Assembly: GCA_015062345.1 (NCBI GenBank)
Contig: SUUV01000001.1
Location: forward strand, 21,588-85,587
Length of the DNA stretch: 64,000 nucleotides
Direction: 5' to 3'
Origin: Alphaproteobacteria bacterium
Lineage (GTDB): Bacteria; Pseudomonadota; Alphaproteobacteria; RF32; CAG-239
This document shows, in pieces, positions 58,532 to 64,000 of the stretch (its first letter is position 1; every line of letters begins with the position of its first letter). The notes below the pieces were generated by a model, which saw nothing but the letters and a program-made list of their open reading frames with translations, was not told the origin of the DNA and ran no database searches. The position numbers were made by a program, and so were the translations under genes.

Positions 58532-59800
58532 TCAAACTCTTTGTTTTTTATTTTGCGCTAATTTCAAAATTGCCGGATTTATTGTCACGGTTTTAGGATT
58601 ATAAGGTACTTTTGTCGCAGAAGATATACTTATTAATTCATCTGTTTTTTTATGTTGTTTTTCACTGATGCGATTTTTTACAGATGCTAACTTTTCACTG
58701 ATTAATTTTTCTTTATCTAAAGTTGATAAAGTTTTTTGAAGCTTTTCATCGCTTGCAATATATTTATCAATGCTGTCAAAACCACCTTGAGCCATACAAG
58801 TTTGTACAATTTCATTGTTAGCTAAATCTTGAGGACTTATATATTTTTGAGACAAAAGCTGAGCATATGCCGACAATTGTTCTTTGGAAAATTCCGGCTC
58901 ACAAGTAAGTAAGCAAGTAAGATGCAATATTTGCTCATCGTTTTGCGGTATCATCTTAGGGTTTAGAGCATACTGTTCCAATTTTTTATAAGTATTAGGC
59001 ATCAAATAAGTCATGGCACCGCCTTTTATAGCCCTTTGTTTTGCAAAGCCTTCTTTTTGGTGTAAGGTGTCAATGGTATATCCCATTTTTGAGCGCCCAA
59101 TGTTATAAACATCAAAGATTGTTTTTGCATATTCGGGATATTCTTGCATGGTTTTCAATAATGCAAAAGCATCACATTTTCGTTCATCTGTTGTCGGTAG
59201 AGTCATATGAATAAGCTCGTGATACAAACCTCGTTTATATAAAATATCCATTCTTTTATCATCGGGAATATTCATAAAATTGTTAAAAGATTCTTTGCTA
59301 AGTCCGTCAATATTGCGTGGCATGTCGGTAACTGATTTTGGTTCAAGACAAAGTATCTGCATATTTGATATATGCCTATCAAAAAAATTTGTATTGCTTA
59401 GTGCATTTTTATAAATTGCATTTGCATAAAAATTTTCTCTTATTACATCTTTACCATTATCTTGAAACAAAACATCATCTTTATTATTTTCATATGTAAA
59501 AGAAATTCCGTGTTGCGACAAAAAATCAAACACGACACGAGCTTTTGCCTCTATATCCGACATAAGAGGATTTTGTTTTTTATAATCAGCAAAATTCTTT
59601 TCAAAAGTATGAGCATTTATAACGGCAATATTTGATGATAACCCTATATCTTTGTCTTTTTCATTGGTACCGAAATTATAATTTTCATCTTCATTGCTTT
59701 TGGATAATTGCGAACGAATCTTTTCAACCAAAGAAAACAGTTCTTTGGGATAATCTTGATATTTTTCCAAAAAGGAGTCGTATATATTTTTCTCATCCAT
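58532..59800 (-). CDS. hypothetical protein with an HExxH motif (possible zinc metallopeptidase)
   Basis: YHELIHM appears in the middle of a 422-aa protein, with no signal peptide. Confidence 0.45.
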   Translation of the reverse strand: MDEKNIYDSFLEKYQDYPKELFSLVEKIRSQLSKSNEDENYNFGTNEKDKDIGLSSNIAVINAHTFEKNFADYKKQNPLMSDIEAKARVVFDFLSQHGISFTYENNKDDVLFQDNGKDVIRENFYANAIYKNALSNTNFFDRHISNMQILCLEPKSVTDMPRNIDGLSKESFNNFMNIPDDKRMDILYKRGLYHELIHMTLPTTDERKCDAFALLKTMQEYPEYAKTIFDVYNIGRSKMGYTIDTLHQKEGFAKQRAIKGGAMTYLMPNTYKKLEQYALNPKMIPQNDEQILHLTCLLTCEPEFSKEQLSAYAQLLSQKYISPQDLANNEIVQTCMAQGGFDSIDKYIASDEKLQKTLSTLDKEKLISEKLASVKNRISEKQHKKTDELISISSATKVPYNPKTVTINPAILKLAQNKKQRV

Positions 59801-59978
59801 TACAAATTATCCGCCAAAATTTAATATAATTCATATTATCATTTTGTGACAAAAATGTAAAGGGGAAATATTATATCAAATTTATTTGAGTATTATTTGC
59901 AAAATAGCTTGTATCATACAAATCTAAAGTATAATATACGAGTATATTGTTGTCGGATAATTAAATAAAGGATATCAA

Positions 59979-61721
59979 ATGAAAAAAATATTTCTGATTA
60001 TGGTTTTTATAATAATATCAACAATGTCCGTTATTTATTTTCGGCGTCCTCTTACCAGTGAGGAATTTTTAAATAAATATGATTTATATTCCGATTATCT
60101 TGCCGCAATTAAGAAAATAAAAGAAGATGATTATTTGAGTAAATATTTGGATAAACATTTACCCGTTTTTGAAGAATCAATTGAAATAATCATTAACAGT
60201 CCTTTTAATAAGGAATATAAAATTGCAAATTTAAAACATATGTTTAATAACAGTCCTTATTATTGGAGAAAAGACAATATAGAGTTTGCAATAAAGTATG
60301 ACCCTAAGGGAACAATAAAATACCTTGAGAAAAAAACCGATAAATCATTAAGTGATGCATTGCAATTAATGGTTTTATATCAAATATATCAGCCAAAAAA
60401 AATAAAATCAAAGCTATATGAAGAACTTACCGATTTTTCTCATCAGCAAATATTGGAATATTTTGCTCAACAAAAATTCCAATCATCATGGCGTTCTGAA
60501 GAATATAATGAACTTATAAAAAACGACTACAAAAAATGTTATGCTGAGTTAAAGTGTTTGTTGGATATTTTACCATACTGGATGAATTGGGAAGCAGATT
60601 TTACCACATATATACCTTGTGAGATTGCACAAAAATATAATAAAGTCGCATATTTTGATGTAGCCGGCGGCGGACATGGTTCGCAGTCGTTTATAACTTC
60701 CGATTGTCCTTTATACTCAAAATATAAATATCCCAAAGAAGTGAATAAATATTATAATATGCTGTTTCAAGAAAGTATGCCGTATTCTGATGGTAGTATA
60801 AGGTTTTTGTATTATGCGAGAACGAATTATAAATCTTTAACAGATACATATTCTCCAAAATTTGATATGCCAAAACAAACCGATTGGAAAGATTTTCCTT
60901 ATACTAATTGGTCTGTCAAATCTTATTACACTTTCAAAAAATATAATGAAGTTTTAAATTATGGCATCGGATATAAAAAAGCGTTAGAAGAACTTACCGA
61001 CCACTATGTTAAAAATTTTAATGTAAGTCAAGAACAAGCATATAATACAGCTTTATACACATTACAAATTCCCTCAATGGATAAATACGATTTGATTTCA
61101 AAAGACAATCTGAACTATATGCTGTTAACCGGACAAGATATTGAAGAAATATTAAACAAACATAACAATTTGAAAAATTATCAAAATCTTTTGCATTTAA
61201 GCATTGCACACCCGAAAAATCTTCAACATCTTATAGAACTGGGACAGGCCGAAAAATCTTTCGATATAGATTATAATTCCACTTGGTACGGCAAAACACC
61301 TCTAATGATTGCGGCTCAATACGGCTATTTAGACAGTGTAAAAATATTGTTGGAAAACAATGCAAATATAAATAAACAAACACAAAACGGTGATTGTTGG
61401 AGTGAATATGGCTTAGAGTGTATCTATAACGGTAAAAGAACAGCATTGATGTATGCCCTTCAAGAAGGACAATTTGAAGTAGCTAAATATTTAATAAAAA
61501 ACAATGCCGATATAAGTTTAAGAGACGATAAAAATAATTCAGCATTAGATTATATGCTGGGTATTGCCCCTCTCAGAGGCACTAAAAATCTTGATATAGC
61601 AAGTGGAATTGCCGGACATAAAAATGATGATACACCTAAAAGTCCGTTTACCAAGGAACAACAAGAATATTTATTGCCTTTATTAACACCCGCAGAAAAT
61701 GAAAACATTATTTCAAATTGA
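59979..61721 (+). CDS. membrane-anchored ankyrin-repeat protein
   Basis: N-terminal TM helix and C-terminal ANK repeats (GKTPLMIAAQYGYLDSVKILLENNANIN...; GKRTALMYALQEGQFEVAKYLIKNNADIS). Confidence 0.7.
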   Translation: MKKIFLIMVFIIISTMSVIYFRRPLTSEEFLNKYDLYSDYLAAIKKIKEDDYLSKYLDKHLPVFEESIEIIINSPFNKEYKIANLKHMFNNSPYYWRKDNIEFAIKYDPKGTIKYLEKKTDKSLSDALQLMVLYQIYQPKKIKSKLYEELTDFSHQQILEYFAQQKFQSSWRSEEYNELIKNDYKKCYAELKCLLDILPYWMNWEADFTTYIPCEIAQKYNKVAYFDVAGGGHGSQSFITSDCPLYSKYKYPKEVNKYYNMLFQESMPYSDGSIRFLYYARTNYKSLTDTYSPKFDMPKQTDWKDFPYTNWSVKSYYTFKKYNEVLNYGIGYKKALEELTDHYVKNFNVSQEQAYNTALYTLQIPSMDKYDLISKDNLNYMLLTGQDIEEILNKHNNLKNYQNLLHLSIAHPKNLQHLIELGQAEKSFDIDYNSTWYGKTPLMIAAQYGYLDSVKILLENNANINKQTQNGDCWSEYGLECIYNGKRTALMYALQEGQFEVAKYLIKNNADISLRDDKNNSALDYMLGIAPLRGTKNLDIASGIAGHKNDDTPKSPFTKEQQEYLLPLLTPAENENIISN

Positions 61722-61746
61722 TGCGGATGTTAAGGCAAAATTAAAT

Positions 61747-62520
61747 TTACACTCGTGGAACTTCGGTTAAGATTTTTTCATTGGCAAATGCAAAAATTCG
61801 CCTGATTTGAAAATAGTCATCAATGTCTTTAAAATCCATACTTTTCATAATTCCGCCGGCTTCTTCCACAATGAGCGCACCGGCAGAATAATCCCACGGC
61901 GAAAGCTTAAACTCGCAAAAATATCCTATACGACCGCAAGCAACATTGCAAAGCTCCAATGCGGCAGAACCGCAGCGCCTGATATCGGTAGATGCATAAA
62001 AACATTTTTTTGCATAATCAAATACCATTTCAATTTCCGATAAATCATTAACGCATGTTCCGAAAGTTACCAAAGTGTTAGCCAAATTATCTTTTGTTGT
62101 CTGAATTTTTACCCCGTTTAAGGTTGCTCCTTTACCTCGTTCGGCACAAAACATTTCATCTAAATACGGATTATAAACCACACCCAAAATCGGAGTTCCG
62201 TCTTTTAACAAAGCAACCGAAATCGAACTGAATTTACAACCTTTGCTAAAATTTGTCGTACCGTCAATCGGGTCGCAAACAAAACAATATCCGTTCTTTT
62301 GATAATATTGATCCCCTTCTTCTCCCAAAAACGAAGCAACAGGCATAATTTCTTTTAACTTTTGTTGTAATATGCCTTGTATTTTTACATCATATTCCGT
62401 CAGTAAATTTCTTCTGTCTTCATTTTTAAATTGCACATTATTTATTTTGGCATTTTTAATAATATCACCGCATTCTCTGACAACATTTATAATCGATTGT
62501 AACATAACAATTCCTTTCAA
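61747..62520 (-). CDS. suhB: inositol monophosphatase family protein
   Basis: CDPIDGTTNF metal-binding motif, 257 aa. Confidence 0.8.
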   Translation of the reverse strand: MKGIVMLQSIINVVRECGDIIKNAKINNVQFKNEDRRNLLTEYDVKIQGILQQKLKEIMPVASFLGEEGDQYYQKNGYCFVCDPIDGTTNFSKGCKFSSISVALLKDGTPILGVVYNPYLDEMFCAERGKGATLNGVKIQTTKDNLANTLVTFGTCVNDLSEIEMVFDYAKKCFYASTDIRRCGSAALELCNVACGRIGYFCEFKLSPWDYSAGALIVEEAGGIMKSMDFKDIDDYFQIRRIFAFANEKILTEVPRV

Positions 62521-62881
62521 ATAAAAGTTAATATAATCATACTTTTTGTATGATATATGCTAATTAATAAACAAACAAGAGGATAATCAACTCTATTAGC
62601 ATAAATATGAAAACCGTACGGTAATTTTTCCTCAAAACCGAGAGCAAAATTTATTCTGTCATTTGTATATGTTTCATCTTTAGTTTTTCCATATTAAATT
62701 TAATTTCAACTTATGAGGGGACTCAAAGTCCCCTGTCTCGTTCATTTTCTCATTATGTTTACCTTATTTAAAACTCCGATTGTGAATACATAATATACCT
62801 TTAAAATACTTGACAAAAGATTTTAATATGATTATTATGATTATATTGAATAATAAGGTTAGGTAAGAAAGGAGACAAAAA

Positions 62882-63562
62882 ATGACAGACAGATTTGGTT
62901 TTAAAACAGAAAGAGATGCAGAGGGAAAGTTTATAATAGAAAACGATACTCCGAACAAAAAAGCACATCATTTTTATCGCCAAAAAGGCGGAAGTCTTTA
63001 TTTTTGTACTGAACCTGGTGACAGTTTAGTAGAAGCTATGAAAATTTGCTTAGAAGCCTCTAAACAAGAGCAATGCAAAGTTAATTACAACAGTTCATTA
63101 GGAATAACACAACTGTTTCCGGAAATGAATGAGCAGGAGGCCTTAAATAGTTTGATTTGTTGTAGGTTTAGTAAAGAACCATCTCAAGATGCAATGAAAA
63201 TGAGAATAGATAAAATGAAAGCCCAACTAACAGCTCCTGAAAGCATTGATTTTAATGATTTTTATTTACTTGATCAATTTAAAAAAAGTGGATCTAAAAA
63301 AATAATAGATTTTTGTAAAGCTAACGATATAGACCCTGCAGCCTTGAAAATGCATTATGATTTAGCGGTTGATTATGCCACATCTAAGGGAGGATCATAC
63401 GAAGTGCAGGTTGCAAGAGGGACTGAACATTTTGGACTTCCGGAGACTATAACAAAAGAGAACATACCGGAATTAAAAAAGAGACTTGTTTTATCAAGGG
63501 ATGATCCCAGAGTTGCTACTATGGGAAACAAAACCTTATCAAGGGATTATCAACGGGAATAA
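62882..63562 (+). CDS. hypothetical protein
   Basis: 226-aa ORF with an AAAGGAG RBS. Confidence 0.5.
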   Translation: MTDRFGFKTERDAEGKFIIENDTPNKKAHHFYRQKGGSLYFCTEPGDSLVEAMKICLEASKQEQCKVNYNSSLGITQLFPEMNEQEALNSLICCRFSKEPSQDAMKMRIDKMKAQLTAPESIDFNDFYLLDQFKKSGSKKIIDFCKANDIDPAALKMHYDLAVDYATSKGGSYEVQVARGTEHFGLPETITKENIPELKKRLVLSRDDPRVATMGNKTLSRDYQRE

Positions 63563-63649
63563 AACTTCAAAAGTCCGATAATGGATGGAAACAAACTGTT
63601 TTCGTGAATGGTACAATCGGACTTATTGTATTTCAGCCCTAACAATGCA

Positions 63650-63678
63650 AAAACCGCCTTTGAATAGGCGGTTTTCAA
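63650..63678 (+). terminator. hairpin terminator
   Basis: aaaccgcc-tttgaata-ggcggttt followed by a weak T-run. Confidence 0.45.
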
Positions 63679-63903
63679 AAATGGTACGCTTTGCTTTGCG
63701 ATTATCGGAGAAGAAAATTACGATGAATATAGGCGGTTGGAGTATAAGTTGGAGTTGCTTTTAGACCAAAACGACCAACAAGAAGCAAACAATTTAATTT
63801 GTTAGAAATTTAATTCTGTTATGTAAATTTTAGTATTTATGTAATATATTTCTACCATAACGTCTAAAAAATGTTACAAAGACATCAACAAAAAGGAATT
63901 CTC

Positions 63904-64000
63904 ATGGTATTAAAAAATAAATTAAACATCACAAGCCAAGTTGAACTCAATAAAACAGAGGAAAAAATCAGCAAAAAAAAAGCCATAAAACTTTTTGACA
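63904..64000 (+). CDS. 5' end of a hypothetical gene running off the window
   Basis: AAAAGGA RBS, then ATG and MVLKNKLNITSQVELNKTEEK... Confidence 0.3.
   Translation, partial: MVLKNKLNITSQVELNKTEEKISKKKAIKLFD

Overview
This is a 64-kb window from a low-GC (about one-third G+C) diderm bacterium. The leuS-lptE-holA synteny, the GatCAB operon and an OmpA-like beta-barrel point to a proteobacterium. The nrdDG genes suggest an anaerobe, and an ankyrin-repeat protein hints at host association. The backbone is housekeeping: gatCAB, sppA, cobB, leuS, rsmB, nrdDG, rpmI-rplT-pheST-proS, eno, tsaD, nth, a nadM-pncA-pncB-nadE NAD-salvage operon and suhB. Several accessory features interrupt it. (1) A chaperone-usher pilus operon of the spore-coat-U/Csu type (tip-like subunit, PapD-like chaperone, usher) sits beside four dispersed paralogous SCPU pilin genes (22.3, 36.5, 38.9 and 48.0 kb). 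Each pilin gene is preceded by the same hairpin-rich upstream module of about 300 bp, which carries an 11- or 12-nt homopolymeric A tract in the promoter-proximal region. This resembles a phase-variable multi-serotype fimbrial system. (2) A tRNA-Leu(UAA) gene lies next to two tandem GC-rich 210-bp repeats, each beginning with a copy of the tRNA 3' end and ending in the same terminator. A partial copy 2 kb away brackets three lipoprotein paralogs. (3) A very AT-rich mosaic locus (27.0-30.4 kb) holds one intact 320-aa gene plus three truncated copies of its promoter and 5' region, interleaved with small ORFs and a secreted 166-aa protein. All copies share a 28-bp core. (4) A two-copy, roughly 100-nt element bounded by inverted repeats lies in the 5' regions of a type IV pilin-like gene and a lipoprotein operon. 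(5) nrdD appears split, with its glycyl-radical motif in a separate 68-aa ORF. Functions were assigned from motifs recognised by eye; no database search was possible.
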